A program made the translations under genes and the position numbers. A model generated the notes under the pieces. It was not told where the DNA came from. It made no database searches and saw only the letters and a program-made list of their open reading frames with translations. Positions 51,120 through 64,000 of a DNA stretch of 64,000 nucleotides are shown here, one piece after another. The DNA comes from Vicugna vicugna (Eukaryota). Each line of letters begins with the position of its first letter. Position 1 is the first letter of the stretch. The stretch spans positions 1,424,911-1,488,910 of the forward strand of contig MU058531.1 of NCBI GenBank assembly GCA_013265495.1, read 5' to 3'.

Positions 51120-52801
51120 CCTATGAATTAAGGGATGTCATGTGCTCTCTGAACTCTTCAGGCCTGGGATATGCCTGGGTTCATATGCATTTCTTTTTGA
51201 AGAGGAAAAGAAAGCGCTTCAGAAAGGGGTACTGCTAGTGTTCCAATATAGCATCTTATTTTGACATAGTGTTTGGAAATTAACTTGCTTGTATTTAGTT
51301 AGAATCGAGGAAGCAAGAGTAAAAGATGATCAACAGAAGATGAATGAGGAAGTGGGTGGAGTTGAGAAAGCTCTGGAAAGATTGGTTTTTTCCACTTTTT
51401 CTCATATTGTAAGGATCCCTTCTTGCACTGCAAAAATGACTGCCAAGCTTTATGTGAATAACTAGTTGTTCCTAAGCTGATATTTGTAACTTGGTGACAA
51501 TTTAGTAAGTAGTCAAAACACATTTGGGGGGGGTAGATAATTATAATAAATGAATGTGCCTTTTAAAAGTAGAAATTACTGGGATTTTACTAATTCAGCT
51601 TAATTGAAAAGTCACTCTGAAGTTTGAACCTAGTCATCAAAGAAAGCTATATTTCAAATCAGCTTGGTTTTGATCCAGATATTTTAGTAAAGAACAATAA
51701 ATTGAGAATTGTGACTACATCAAATCACACACTTTAAAAATAGTATATTATTGTATAAGGGTATCTGTTGCTGCAATTTCTTTTTTTCCCGTGTTGTAAA
51801 ATAAGTGAATAAAATCTCCCAAGCCACCTTGCCTTCCTGCTAAGTGAACACTGAAGTTTCTGAGTTTCAGTACTAACATTTCCTTTATATTAAGTAGGGT
51901 TCGTTTTCAGCTTTCTATGAGATTGATTACATTTGTGACTTTTCCAGTGTTAAAATTTTCTTTCAGGATCCACACTCTTCCTAGTCTCCTTTGAAAGATG
52001 GGCTTTATCTCACGTAAAGAAAGCAGTTCCACTTGGGCGGGTGCTATTTAGTTTGAGAGGGAGGTTCACACTTTGAAAGTAGCCAACTTTTCACATCTTG
52101 AAGGATGTAGAGCACTGATTTTATAACCCAGCATCCAAATAGGGAACTGTGAAAAAACATACAAAAAAGAAAAACAAAGTATCTTTACCCAGTAGCAGGG
52201 CCTGAAATAGTCTCCTTTATAGACTCTAAATACAGTTGAGGCATCTCATCTGGTGTGGCCCTAACTGATAGGTCAATTTATTTTAAAAGTTGGGGAAAGC
52301 AAAGTATCTTAAATGCTTTTTATTTTAACTTAAAATATGTAAATGTACATTTGTTCACCAATCTTTTGACACAACAACCTTTACTCAAATCTCAGGAAAC
52401 CACCCACTCGTTTGTAAAGCAGTTTTTCTATGCATCATAGGTAGTCAGTCCTGGGACTCATCAAGTCTGAAGGATACATGCTTTTTATTAGGAGCACCTG
52501 ATGTATTACTGAAGTATCCATCTTTGGGCTGAAAAATACATTTCACTGAGGCCAAAAGTATGCAGTTTGCCATTGTTCCTGTATAAATATCCAAAATTAC
52601 CAAAGCAAGAAACTCAGTTTTTATTCCTTCAGATATCTTTCATTCTTTGTCTATGTTTTATACCATATTTAAATTTGTTACCTTGCCAGCAGATCTTTCC
52701 CTTCCAGAATGATGAATCAGAATAATAATTCTGTCCTGCTTCCTAAGATTGTATGTTGGATTGGGTCTTGTTTAGAAAAGTATGTTTTCTTCTATCTTGA
52801 T

Positions 52802-53079
52802 CAGCTCTGTCCAGTAGAAAGAATATGAATCACTTATGTAATTTAAAATTTTCTTATAGCCACATTAAAAAGAATAAACATAAAGAAGTGAAATAAATTT
52901 TACTAATATATTTTAATTAATCCAGTAGAACTTAACATTTCAACATTTAATCAATATAGCCACATAGAGAGATATTTTACCTCTTTTTTATGCTAAGTCT
53001 TTGAAAATGGTGCATTTTACACTTAGTGGTACATTTCAAGTGCTCGATAGCCGCAGGTGTAAATGGCTGTTAGTGCAGC
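52802..53079. mobile_element. MER33 (hAT-Charlie)
   Basis: cagctctgtccagtagaa...taatttaaaattttcttatagccacattaaaa...acatttcaagtgctcgatagccgca. Confidence 0.8.
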
Positions 53080-53154
53080 TTTGCACGTTATCTCCTTATT
53101 CTCCCAAGATTTCTTAGATTCATTCCTAGTTCTAATTACTGTTTATTCCTATTG

Positions 53155-53552
53155 CAGCAGTCCTCAAAGTGTAGTCCTCAACACCCTGTTAGAGGTCTGT
53201 GAGATCAAAACTACTTTTGTAATGACACTAGGATGTTACTTGTCTTGTTCTCGATCATTCTCTCCTGAGTTGTACAGTGTAGTTTTCTAGAGGCTATGTG
53301 ATACATGATGTTTCAACAAATTGAATGCAGAAACAGGTATAAGAATCCAGCTGTCTTCTGTAAAACCAGATGTTAAAAATAGATTTGCAGAATGTAAACC
53401 ATGGCACTCTTCTCACTGATTTTTGTTTGTTTGGGAAAATATAGCTAATGTCCATAAATGGATTTATTGTTACTTTGAAAGGAATTAGTATATATATACA
53501 ATAATTTTTAAGAGTGTAAAGAGATCCTGAAATCAGAAAGTTTGAGAACTAC
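53155..53552. mobile_element. MER119-like hAT-Charlie element
   Basis: TIRs cagcagtcctcaaagt / agtttgagaactact; internal atgcagaaacaggtataagaatccagctgtcttct. Confidence 0.75.
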
Positions 53553-54559
53553 TACGCTTATGTGTCTGGAATTTTCTTTGTTCTGTTACCATTAATGCTT
53601 TTCATTGGGCGTTACTGACCACAAGCATTCTGTGTAAGTGAATTTTCCAACTAGCCAAGTGTTATTTTTGACTACTCAGTCATTTATTGTAAGGAGCATT
53701 TTCTGAAATACGTTATGTGCATCTCTTCTCAAATAGAAGATTCTGAACACAATTTAACATATCCTGGTGACTGGATCCCTTGTGATAACTTTGCATGCTG
53801 ACCAAACCAAAGAGCTCCATGTAGAATCTGTCTACCTATGCATTTGTAGTGTGTTGTCTCTACAGTAAACAAAACTTCTGCCAGTCTGACCTGTCTAAAT
53901 AGATAGCTAGAATCCAACATTAATTTTCCCTTGATATGGTTTAAAATGTTAGCATTTCCAGCTTGTTTGCAAAGCTATTAGTTTAAAATATGTTATGAAT
54001 AATGAATTTTGTAAACATAGAAATTTAATTTAAAATGTTTTACTTCAGAGATTCTAATATAGTGAGATGTTATGGCTTTAAAAAGCATTTCATGATGGAA
54101 CAGAGCCAGCAATTATTCTTTTATCAAAGATTGGTTTGGAATGTGAACAAAAATGTTTTCTCTTCTAAGGCAGCTTTTGGGAGATAGAGGATGAGCACAG
54201 TAAATTTTATCAGAATTTTGAATGTAATAAAACTTGATATTCAATACAAAAACTATCACCAAAAGCCATGAATATCCTTCTTATTGGCTTCTGATAGAAA
54301 AATAAGGTAAATCAGAAATTTAGTTCAGATGTAGTCTGTTCTTCAGTAAAGCTTGAAAGTAAGAACTCATGTATTAATAAGGTTGACAATATTGAATTAT
54401 ATGTTAACAGAGCAAAACAGGTATTCTCTGTCTATTAATTTTTGAAGTTATATTATAATCTTACATACAATCTGCGTGATTACATAGTCAGACCACTGAG
54501 ATCCATGTTAGGTACTTGTGAAATGCGATCTTTGATTCGCTTTGTAGCTATGACATAAA

Positions 54560-55130
54560 ATTTTTCGCCTGTTTGTTAAACTCATTCATGGTCAGCCTCC
54601 GCCTAGAGAGAGGGTCAAGTCTATTGTTTATTATGCCAGGTGTAAGTATTTTGAGTTTTTTCCTCAGTGTGTCTTAGTGTTTTTCCCGTGTTCCCTGCTT
54701 GTCCTGTTCTTCTGCAACAGCTGGTTGGGTTTCCTGCTACTGTCCATTCTTTCACACGTGCAGCCCACTGTCTGTAGGCTGGCCGTGTTCCAGGGTGTCA
54801 TCTCTAGTGTTCTCATCATCTGGTAGGTCTCAGAGATAACATTTCTGAAGCTCCTCAGGGAACCAGATGTGATAGCTGTGGTAGATCCAATCCTTAGAAG
54901 ACTTGCAGTGTTCCCTAACCTTTAATTTAGGCTGACGTTTGAGGTCCTTTTGATACTCAGCTTCTTGATTCTCTGGTTTTTAGTTAATCAGTTTACCCTC
55001 ACACAACATGCTGCCTGCGTTTTCATGAAATTGTTAGGTTACGGATAAGATTTCTCTTATGCGGGGCAACTGCTCTTTTGAAGTTTGCTTTTATTGATCT
55101 GTCGTGCACTGTCAACCTGTGAGATTGTCC
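54560..55130 (-). mobile_element. Ancient RTE-clade LINE (L4-like) ORF remnant
   Basis: Minus-strand translation with frameshifts: YQKDLKRQPKLKV, WIYHSYHIWFPEELQKCYL*, WA-HV-RMDSSRKPNQLL and DTLRKKLK, collinear with RTE C-terminal motifs. Confidence 0.7.
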
Positions 55131-55599
55131 ATGATTAATTTCACATCGTCTCAAGTGTAAAGTATCAAGGGTATAGTTAATCTTACAAGCAAGATGTCTG
55201 TACTAGACTAGGATTTTTTTTTTCCATGTTGTTTAAGCTTTTTTAACTACCAGGAGCAGAAAATCAGGCCATCCGTGCCTCCTTTTGGAAAAGGGGGATT
55301 TATTGAAATGATATACATAGATGGAACCAGAAGGCAACCAGGAACAGAGACTGGCTGCTGTCTGTGCCTCTGCTGCTCTCTCACTCTTGGCTGGTCACTC
55401 ATTTCCATATTCCTCCATCTAAAATCTGGAAAGCTCTCCTCTGATTGACATTCTAGGAAGCATCAGTGCCCTTTATGCCAGGCCAGCTAATGTATGGCCA
55501 CCCAGCCTACAGATGGCTGCCTTTTGGTTGAGTGCCTATCTCTGCTCCAATCCATGGCTATTCCTACACAGAGAGAGGCAGTAATGCTCTGGGGACCAC

Positions 55600-56760
55600 A
55601 GAAGTGAACGTTGAATTTGGCTACCATGATCACTGCTCACTGTATCTTCCCTCAAATCTTTGTACCCTTCCAGTCACTGGCCTTTCTCCCCTTCTGTAAG
55701 CTTCTGGACAGAGCAGTCAGAGCAGTTGGTGCTCATTGTTTTCGTTTCCTGACTTCCTATTCATTTACCAACTCATTTCATAGTTTCTGCCACCAATACT
55801 CCCTGAATCTGTCATCTCCTTTGTCCCCAAGATTTCATAGCTGCTCATTCTAGTAGCACGTTTTAGACCTAATCACTCTTCATCATTCAAGATTGTTGAC
55901 TACTTTTTTCCTTGAAACTTTTGCTTCCTTAATTTTTAATAAATTACCTTCACGGGTTTCTCAGCTTTTTTGGTCATTCATTCTAAATCTTCTTTGTCAG
56001 CTCATACCACATATGCCAATGTTTCCTGTGGTTCTATCCTTAACATTAGTTTTGTGTAACAGTTGCCACATAACAGCAGCATAACGGTAACCCTGTCAGT
56101 TGGAAAAATTACGTTATCTTGGCATGAGAACCATGCTTTTGCCTAGTGACCACTGGTTCCTTTTCTAGTCACTCACAAATCATATGTTTATATAACCCAG
56201 CTGACAATTTTCTTCAAGTTTTTATGTATTCTTTAATCATATGTCCTCTTCTTCGTGATGAGGTGTCAAAGTGTGTCTCTTCTCCTGAAATTTGAAATAA
56301 ACCATTTGACCTTTTCATTTCATTTATTTTACCACTTATGGGAGGGGGCTCTAGTTCTCATTATGCTTCATGTTTGGACCTGAAAGAGCTGTTACCCTTC
56401 TGTCTTCCTTTGGCCCAGGCTGCCGATTGTCTTCATTTCCTTTAATGACTCAGTTCAGACTTCATTTCTCCCCAAAGGCCTGGTGTAGCTTCTAGTATTA
56501 CTCCCCTCCCATTTGTCCCCACACTGCTGACAGAGTGATTTTTCTAAGATACAGATAGGACCATGTCACTTCCTTATTACAGTCCTCCTTGACTTGTCCC
56601 TGTGCCCTTCCAGGATGTAGTCTATACCCCCTCACCTGAAGGTTTCATGACACCATCGTTGCCTACTTGTCCAGTCTCATCTCATGGGGCCATTCTCCCT
56701 CTCTGATTCTATATTCCAGCTACACTGCTCGCTAAGTCCTACTGTTGCTCAGTCTTAAAT
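55600..56760 (+). mobile_element. L2 ORF2/3' fragments
   Basis: Pyrimidine-rich; gttgactac...cttgaaactttt; agagtgatttttctaagatacaga...catgtcacttcc; tattccagctacactg. Confidence 0.6.
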
Positions 56761-58264
56761 ACCCTCAATGACAGTTACCAATGGAAAAAGCCCTTGATAC
56801 ATCAAGTTATTGTAGATATTTACAGCCATGTTAACAAAGTTCTGTTACTGAGCAACACTGGAATTTAGAACTGGTGGGTTAAATGGCGTTGTTGATTGAA
56901 TCAGTGGCTTGTTTGTTGTTGTTGTTGTTTTGTTTTGTTTTGTTTTGTTGTTATTTGAAGATTCCACAAGTGAACTAAAAATGTTCTTCAGGGTCTCCTT
57001 TAATTGAGAAGGGCAAGGGAAAGGGGCAGGAAAATAAAAGATTGAGTCTTTCCCAGATTGCTGGGACATCAAAAGTTTCTCGAAAGTACACTTAGTTTTT
57101 CTGCTTACATTAATTTTCTCTGGTTAGGTGAATTGCTCCTAAAGCTAGGAAATGTCATTCAACGTATATTTATACAAGTACAGAAGATAATATCAGCCAC
57201 AAGGGCTGTTGTGAAAACAGGCTGATCTGTGTAACGCATTTCCTATCATATGATAAACCCTTAATAAGTGACAGTTACTGTAGCAGAGACTCTGAGCTGT
57301 AGTGGGTTGAGATTGCAGACATGAAAGTCGTTCATACTAGCGTTTGAATTCTCACCTACCAGTTCTGTGAACTTGGGCATGGTACTTTAGTAACCTCATT
57401 TTTAAAATGGGGTATAAATACATAAGTCATAGGAATGTTGTGTTAAAGCACCTAATAAAGTAGTAGGCATATATCAAGTACTTAATACATATTTTAGTGT
57501 GTTGTTACCACAGAAATAATCATTTGTAGAGTAAGCATTGTGCCATGGGCTCTGTACAAGACCCTAGAGGGTATTATCTGTGATTCCAACACTTCAGATT
57601 CATACCCTGCATCCACTAGATGACTGCTTTATCTCAGTTAGGCCATATGTTTAACTTGCATAGACTGGATCATGTAGGCTAATCCTAACAAAGAAATACT
57701 GACTCAGACTTCACTGAACCTAAATCTAGCCAAGAAGCAAGCAAAAACAAATAAAGGAAACAAAAACAACAACAGATTCTATGAGTGGCCAAAGATGTCA
57801 CACACACAATTGCACACATGGACTTTCCTTATGGAAGTCTTCCTCAAGTTCTCATTCAGTGCCTGTCACCTCTTTGTCACTTGTTAGCTGAATGACTGTA
57901 GGTCTCAATTCCACTTTTTCTATCTGTGAAATAAAGGAGTTAAATAACTAGCTTCTCAAACTCTCTTAAGTCCAGAAGCTTTTAAATTCTATATGTACAG
58001 TATCTGAAAAAAAATTTTTCTGGGTTATTTTCTCTTAAAAAGAAAAACATAATCAATTTACCCAAAAGTATAGGATCTATGCTCAAGATTCACTGGATGT
58101 CAAGCTCTGTGATGAATAAGAAATTTCTAGTCCAGCATGAAGGTCTAGTGTGAGAACAATGATAATTTATGTGGGATAATTTAAGTAAATCACAAGCATG
58201 AATAAGAGTGATTTTTGTCAAAAAGGTGACCACCAGAAAAAGCTTTGCTGGGGAGTTATGATGG

Positions 58265-58615
58265 AATGGGTTATTCTGCATTTACAAAGTAGCCCCAAGT
58301 TTCAGTGTTTGAAAATTGTAAAGGTTTATTTATTGCTACAGTGTAATCTGATGTCAGTCAGCTGTGACTCTGCTCCACATAGTCACTCAGGGACCCAAGC
58401 TGGTGGACGCACTAACATTTCAGTTTGTAGCCTTGACAGTTGTCACAGTGGAGGAAAAGAGAGAGGAGCTGGAGATTTTCCCACCAGCCTGAAACGCATT
58501 AGTACTTTCTGGTCCACAAATGACAGACATCACATCTACTTGTGGCCGATCAGAATAAATCAAGTGGCTCCACTTATCTGTAAGAGAGTGGGGAATGTGG
58601 GAGAGTGAAGACTGG
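58265..58615 (-). mobile_element. MLT1I/J-like MaLR LTR
   Basis: aaaggtttattt...cactcagggacccaagctg...tgacagacatcacatct...tggggaatgtgg. Confidence 0.6.
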
Positions 58616-59590
58616 GTGAGTGTAAATGTTTTTGCTACGTGTCATCTGAGCTGATTCTAAAAAGGTAAATAGAAATCATTCCGCTGAATGAAGAAGGAGG
58701 ACATGAAAAAGAAACTACTGTGAAAGCAAAGAAATTATGTACCTTTAGAGTAAAGCAGTGAATGTTAGGGAAGAAGTTAACTACTATATTTCTATCAAGC
58801 ATCTGGAGGCTGGAACACAGTGTTAGTAGGGAAGAGCTGAGAATAAGCCCCAAAGTAGTTTTACAGCTAAGTATTGCACTGGTAATGTGATTTTATTTAT
58901 AATTACAAAGTGCAGATTAATTATACATTATGAATTTTATAGTTGTTATTTTGTGGAAAGTACATTAATGGATAGATTCTATGCTATAGGAAGATTGCTC
59001 TGTTATTTGCGCTTATGTGCCTAGCACTTCTTTTTAAAATCCCACTACACCCAGAGTCTAATCACGTGCTTAGAGAGAAATGAACTCTAAAGGGTTTACC
59101 TTTTTACCTTTTTAAAGTTGCATCAAAAGACAAGAAAACCTTCAATGAATCAACCTGTGAAGTATCACACGCATGTTAACTATTGAAAAAATTATTTGTG
59201 GAGGTCACAAAAATAGTGTTACCTAATACCAAGTTAAAGTAGCAGTTAACATGAATGGAGCGTGTAGTGTGGACAAAGAGCTGTGCTGATTGTTTTACAG
59301 GCATTATCTCAGTTAAGCCTCACAGTAACCCTGTGGGGAAGGGGCTGTTCTTATCCCCATTTCCAAACTGTATCAATTTGTGAACAGTTAGATGATGCAA
59401 CTATTTTCATTTCATATTTAAAACAGTTTGGTCCTAGAAAAGGTAAGTCAGTATTAGATACGCATTTTATCAGTCATGTATCTATCATCAAATTAAAATC
59501 TCTTTTATAAGTGCTTATGATTTTTGCAATACAATAAGTTAAATACAGCTATCAGGGATTACGCTGCAGTGTTAACTTTTCTGTTTTTAG

Positions 59591-59720
59591 GGTTTGGACA
59601 GAGGATCAAAAGGCCAAATTTCTACTTTCAGCAGTTTTGTTTCAACTGTTAATCAGAAGAAAGAAGCCGCTGAAAACAGAAGTTCACCTACACATCTTGT
59701 TTTCCCTAACATCAAGAATG
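59591..59720 (+). CDS. HECTD2: HECTD2 coding exon 2 (130 nt, phase 0 to phase 1)
   Basis: Acceptor ttttctgtttttag|G and donor ATG|gtaaac. Translates in frame with exon 1 as GLDRGSKGQISTFSSFVSTVNQKKEAAENRSSPTHLVFPNIKN, matching recalled human GLDRGAKGQISTFSSFISAVSPKKEAAENRSSPAHLVFPNIKN. Not in the ORF track. Confidence 0.95.
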
Positions 59721-59939
59721 GTAAACATTTATAAATTTAAAAATGTAATTACAGTTATTAAAAGTATACATATATATATCTTGGCTGAAAGTATATTATC
59801 AAACAGTTAAAAGAGTAGATTTTAATAATTCATCATTGTTCTGGTAGGTCTCGTTAGTTAATACAATAAGAAAAAGAAGTAAGTTCTATAAATATTTACA
59901 GAAAGGAGCAGAATCATTACTTTTAGGTAATTGTTACCC

Positions 59940-61500
59940 AGAGTAAGAGAATAAAATACAAAGCTAATGAATAAGAAAGTTTGGCTAGCAAGCCTGGCAC
60001 AATATAAACATGCAAAAATTCAATAGATTTCCTTTATTTGAGCAGTAATCAGTTGAAAGACTTTATGGAAAATATGTGAAATGTTTAGAAATAAGCCTAA
60101 GAGAAAATGAGTACTACTTGTATGAAGAAAACTATACAACTTTATCAAAGGCTAAAAAGATGGTTTGAGGGGGAAAAACTTAACTATCATAGAGATGTCA
60201 GATAAACCTAGTTTACTCTCTAACATTTAATGAAGTTTTCAACAGTGTTCTGGGGGAAACTTAAGAAAATGTTGTTCTGTTTGATGTATAAGAATAAATG
60301 GGATGATGTAAGAAAAAGTGATGAGGGAGACTATTCCCTGTAGTACCATGTATTACAAAGCTATACTGATGATCAGACCGCCACCAAGATAGCCAAACAG
60401 ATGGAGATGGATGAGTAAAACATATGTGTATAATACCATATACATGGTATTATTCAAAAAACTGATTAGGCCGCCTAGCCAACCTATTGAAAATAGTAAC
60501 TTTAGATTTAGATTTTTTTAAACTACAAAAGTACTAGAAGAAAATGCAGGAAATTTTTTCATACTTAAATTCTTGTAATGATAATGCCAACAGCCATAAA
60601 ACCAAAAATTGCTAAGTTTGAAGACATAAGATAATTTAAAACTTCTATAGGATTTTTTTTAAAGTCATAAAGTAAGTTGTCATAGTGGGTGAAAAACAAA
60701 ATCCTTGACTTATAGAGATCATTAACGAATCAGGAAAATGAACATTCCAGTAGAAAAAAAGGGCAAAGGATATGAACAGACCAATCAAAAAAGGAAGTAT
60801 GAACAATTAATACACCTGTGAAAGGATGCTCAATCTTACTAGTATTAAAGGAAATACAAATTCAGAGAAGGAGCTAACATTTCCCTACTCAGTTGCAGAG
60901 AACGGAGGGATGCGTATCTGTGACATTGTCTAAGGAGTGTGAAAATTGGCACTTTTATGAGTGGAGGGCTTGGAAGTTGATACAGTTTTTCTGGAGAGCA
61001 AATTATTGACACATATTCAAATTTTTAAATGTTCATATACTCACTGACCCAGTATTCCATTTCTAGGAATTTATTCTAAGGAAATAGCATATGTTCAAAG
61101 ACATATGGAGAGAATGTACATTGTTTATAATAGTGGTGTTTGAAGGAGTCTAAATGAATTGGTTGACTAAATTATGGTAATCCGTATTGTAAATACCATG
61201 CCTCTATTAAGAGAAATGTGACATGTATATAAATCGTCTAGGAGAAATGCTCACAATACACCATAAAATGAAAAATGCAAGTTAATAATAGGTAGAGTAT
61301 GACTCCAGTTCTTTTTGGTGTTGGGAAACCTTTTATACTTCTTTCCGTGTATGAAGAGGTATGGAAGGATGCCCACCAATCTGTTAATTGTTTCCTCAGG
61401 AAAGTAGGATTGGGTGGATATTATTAATATGACTTTTTCTTTATACAACTCTAAATTGTTTTAATCACAGGAAGTGTACATTACTTGCATAATTTTAAGT
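59940..61500 (+). mobile_element. Degenerate L1ME ORF2 and 3' UTR in HECTD2 intron 2
   Basis: tatgaagaaaactatacaact; gggcaaaggatatgaacaga; gacccagtattccatttctaggaatttattctaaggaaat. Confidence 0.8.
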
Positions 61501-62044
61501 GTCCCTTGCCCTGTAACAAAACAAAACAAATTTGCAAAGTTTTAAATGCCTCTCACACCCAAACAAAACAAACCTAGAAATGAAGGACACAGTTCCCAGT
61601 AAATTGCCTGTGTCCATGAACTGCGTGTGGCATAAATTATTCTTGCACATATTCTCTGTTGACACTCCAAGGTCAAAAAGAGTGACCTATTCTACACTCT
61701 CGCAGGTTAGTATTTACATTATCTCATTTATCAACCTTTGCCTTTGATAATTTCTTTCTTCTTTTATTTACACATACAAACGTATTTCATTATCTCAGTC
61801 TTACCCTAAGGAAGTAAGTCACAGTCCCCCAACCCACAACAAAACAAACTTACTGTAATACCATTATAGAAATAAAGGAATAAAATGAATCTGTTTGATG
61901 GGGGATAGGAATTGAGAGAGGTGATTTCTATTTTAATCACATTAACTTGGTGGTAACTGTAACTTTTATATGTGTAATATTTATAATTTAGAGAGAACTT
62001 TCGTATTTTATCTGAGCATCATAGCAATCGTGTACAATAGAGTA

Positions 62045-62648
62045 GATACTAGCATTGCTGCATAACAAATTCTCACAAACCCAGTAGCTTAAAAACAATA
62101 CCATTTATTAGCTCACAGCTCTTTAAGTCAGAGGTCGTGGTGGGTGTGGCTGGATTTTCTTCTTGGGGTCTCCCAAGGTGGAGGCTGGACTGTACTCTGG
62201 GGAAGAACCCTTCTCCAGGCTCCTCAGGTTGCTGGCAGAACACCTTGTTTGCAGTTGTAAGACTGAGGTCCTTTCTCCTCGCTGGCTGTCAGCCGGGGCT
62301 GCTCTCAGCTCCCGGGGACCACTCACAGTTTGCCGCGGGGCTGCTCACAGGAACCTCCCGCTATACGGCAGCTGTTTCAGGGCTGATAGTAGGAGCCCTT
62401 GTGTCACATCCCCTTCGTGCTTCCAGTGTCTCTGACTTTGTCTTCTACGACCAGTGGGGCAAAACTCTCTGCTTACAAAGGCCTCATGTTATTAGGTCCT
62501 GCCTACCTGGATAATTTCCCTGTTTAAAGGTCAACCAGTTAGTAGCCTTAATTAGATCTGCGCAATCCCTTTTGTCATATAATACAATGTAATCAAGATG
62601 GAACACCAGGAGGCTGAGAATCACAGGGCCATCTTAAAATTCTGCTTA
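62045..62648 (-). mobile_element. MLT1E-like MaLR LTR
   Basis: attgctgcataacaaat...ccatttattagctcacag...gcagttgtaagactgaggtcc; similar to the 34982 copy. Confidence 0.8.
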
Positions 62649-62663
62649 TCAAACCCATTTTTT

Positions 62664-62724
62664 TTAATGGAGGTTCTGGGGACTGAACCCAGGAGCACTC
62701 TACCACTGAGCTATACCCACCCCC
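62664..62724 (-). mobile_element. Internally deleted vic-1-type SINE inserted in a MIR
   Basis: A-box and B-box halves present but about 20 nt of the anticodon arm is missing; TSD tca(a/c)acccatttttt at 62649-62663 and 62725-62739. Confidence 0.8.
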
Positions 62725-64000
62725 TCACACCCATTTTTTAAGTAAGGAAACTAGAGATCAGAGAGGGTAAATGACTTGGCCAAGGTCACACTGCTAAGTA
62801 ACAGAATCAAAATTCAGCCTTACATTCTCTGACAACCAAACTCTTGTTCTCACAGATAGAGGAAACTCCTGATTGACTTGTTTCTCTTGCCTGATTAATC
62901 GTATCACATTAATCATACAACTCTAATTACATCATCTCTATACTCCTTAATGCTTCCAAAATTAAATAAAAAATTTTTACCTTGACACTCAAGGATATTC
63001 ATAATATGACAGCTTTTCAACTTTATCTCCCACTTTTCTCCTACATGTAACTTATGTTTTAACTCTTCTGGATGCCTCGCATGTTCTTACCTCAGTTTTT
63101 GCAGTTTGTTCCCACTGCCTGGAATGTCCTCTCTCCTCTTCTCTACCCATCAGATCCTATCTGTTCTTCAGAGCTGCCTTTTTACTAAACCATTGCTGAT
63201 TCTTCCTAACCACATGTAATTTTTCCTGTCTTACGGCTTTGGGTTGTTGGTTACCTCTTTTAGCCTTTCAGTCTTGCATAGCATCATTTATGTACTTTAA
63301 TCTCCTAGACTGTATGTTTCATCCCCCGCGGAGCCCAGGGCAGTTGCCCTGTCCATCAGAGGGCCTTACGAGTATTTATCGCCTAGATGAAAACAAGAGA
63401 GAACTCTAGGGGTTGAGGGGAAATAGTCGTGAGGGTGGGTGCCCCAGAGCATTGACAGCAGCTGCCAGGGCAACAGCTTCATATGGTGCCCACCACATGT
63501 CAGGCACAGTTCTAAGCACTGTTTGGTTACTGACTCATGCAGTCCTTACAGCAGTCTGAGGTAAGAATGATTTTCCTTTTCAAGGATAAGGAAACTTAAG
63601 CCACAGAGAGTGGTAAGTGACTTGCCCTGCATGAACTTCCACAGCTGTTGAACAGCTGAGACTGGAAAGAAAGCCAGAGGTAGTTTAAAAGAGGGAGAGT
63701 TGGTGAAAGAAAAGGAAATGAGCCCAGAAGGAGGTCAAGGAACCAGGCTGTGCAATGACTTGCAAATTCAAGGGAAAAGAAAATTTAAAGAGGATTCAGT
63801 CCATAGTGCCATTGCTGAGGGAGGACTAGATGAGCAGCACTGAGACAAAGCTGAGGATTTGTTGGCGAATGTGTTTATTGGTGACTTTGGGCACAGTTTC
63901 AGTGGGATGGTATGAGGAGACTTCATGTGGTAAAAAGTTAAGGAATAGATTAGTGGTGAGGATCTAGGGGCAAGTGTAGATTAGCCAGTAGAGTCACTTA

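Larger units (their letters stand above)
45610..59590 (+). other. HECTD2: HECTD2 intron 1 (13,981 bp, GT-AG)
   Basis: GT at 45610 and AG at 59589-59590 join exons 1 and 2 in frame. Confidence 0.9.

Noticed and set aside
59721..64000. HECTD2 exon 3
   Set aside because: No sequence encoding the expected continuation (recalled VREPPPICLD...) was found; the region is L1, MLT, MIR and L2.

Overview
Mammalian genomic DNA, very probably camelid (alpaca/camel): it carries four tRNA-Ala-derived SINEs of the vic-1 type. About 44 kb of repeat-rich intergenic sequence precedes a CpG island (~44.6-46.1 kb, with a 44-nt N gap) holding coding exon 1 of HECTD2, a HECT E3 ubiquitin ligase (45460-45609, +). 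A 13,981-bp intron 1 leads to coding exon 2 (59591-59720), and the gene continues beyond the window. The rest is mostly L1/HAL1, L2, MIR, LTR and DNA-transposon relics plus microsatellites; the other short ORFs in the track look non-coding. I found no convincing new multi-gene system. The most interesting observations are: an 8-Ala tract at the site of the human HECTD2 A19P variant; three solo LTRs within 3.3 kb, one MER41-like and one with a 6-bp TSD nested in an L1; a templated-insertion duplication scar; two perfect hairpins; a candidate poison exon; strong CTCF-like motifs; and an RTE/L4 LINE fossil. Repeat-family names and the human comparison come from recall, not from a database search.
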